The notes under the pieces: generated by a model
The model's database searches: none
The model's input: only the letters and a program-made list of their open reading frames with translations
What the model was told of the DNA's origin: nothing
Position numbers and translations under genes: made by a program
DNA from: Cladosporium halotolerans
Taxonomy: Eukaryota
DNA length: 64,000 nt
Assembly (NCBI RefSeq): GCF_011745625.1
Contig: NW_027191458.1
Coordinates: forward strand, 248,001-312,000
Direction of reading: 5' to 3'
In this document: in pieces, positions 63,685 to 64,000 of the stretch
Numbering within the stretch: the first letter of the stretch is position 1
Layout of the letters: each line of letters opens with the position of its first letter

Positions 63685-64000
63685 ATGTCTGCATCAAACA
63701 AGCAGGGAAAGATGGTAAGTTGCGCGCGCGCGACCCGCTCCGGCGATGCTCCATATGTTGACGGACGCAGCTGACGATGCGGACTCATAGACAGGTTTCG
63801 TAAGTGATCTCTTCATGGAGGTGTAGCCCGCCGCATGCGCTTACAATCGCGATAGATCAACCACAAGATGCGCGTCACGATGAAGGATGGAAGACAGCTC
63901 GTTGGTCAGATGCTGGCCTTCGACAAGGTATGTCTGCTCTGCCGTCGCATCTTCTTGCCTACGCTTGGTCACTGACATGATTCAGCACATGAACCTCGTC
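63685..64000 (+). CDS. SMB1: snRNP Sm protein B (5' part); exons 63685-63714, 63791-63799, 63856-63927, 63986->64000
   Basis: Spliced MSASNKQGKM-TGF-INHKMRVTMKDGRQLVGQMLAFDK-HMNLV, which matches the Sm1 motif of SmB. Confidence 0.92.

Overview
Gene-dense fungal (filamentous ascomycete) nuclear DNA with short GT-AG introns and CTRAC branch sites. The gene families suggest a Dothideomycete/Mycosphaerellales-type genome, which is inference. About 30 protein-coding genes are supported, and intron-exon models were rebuilt by hand. Housekeeping genes include TRM112, a CSC1/OSCA channel, mitochondrial MetRS, RPL38, an NXT/p15 protein, a GH47 mannosidase, cytochrome c1, an acyl-CoA dehydrogenase, a CaM kinase, malonyl-CoA:ACP transacylase, enolase, RPL11 and the 5' part of SmB. 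They are interspersed with accessory-type genes: a NACHT/STAND protein, RING and 2EXR-like orphans, and GPI/CFEM proteins. A >1340-aa minus-strand ORF missing from the ORF track runs off the left edge. The most interesting observation is a three-gene module at 13.4-19.3 kb: an arrestin-like PY-motif adaptor, an MFS monocarboxylate-type transporter and a Dal81-like Zn2Cys6 factor. Its two promoter regions share clustered TTCG(G/C)CGAA palindromes, suggesting a self-regulating transporter-plus-own-arrestin unit. No tRNA, rRNA, CRISPR array or transposon was recognised.
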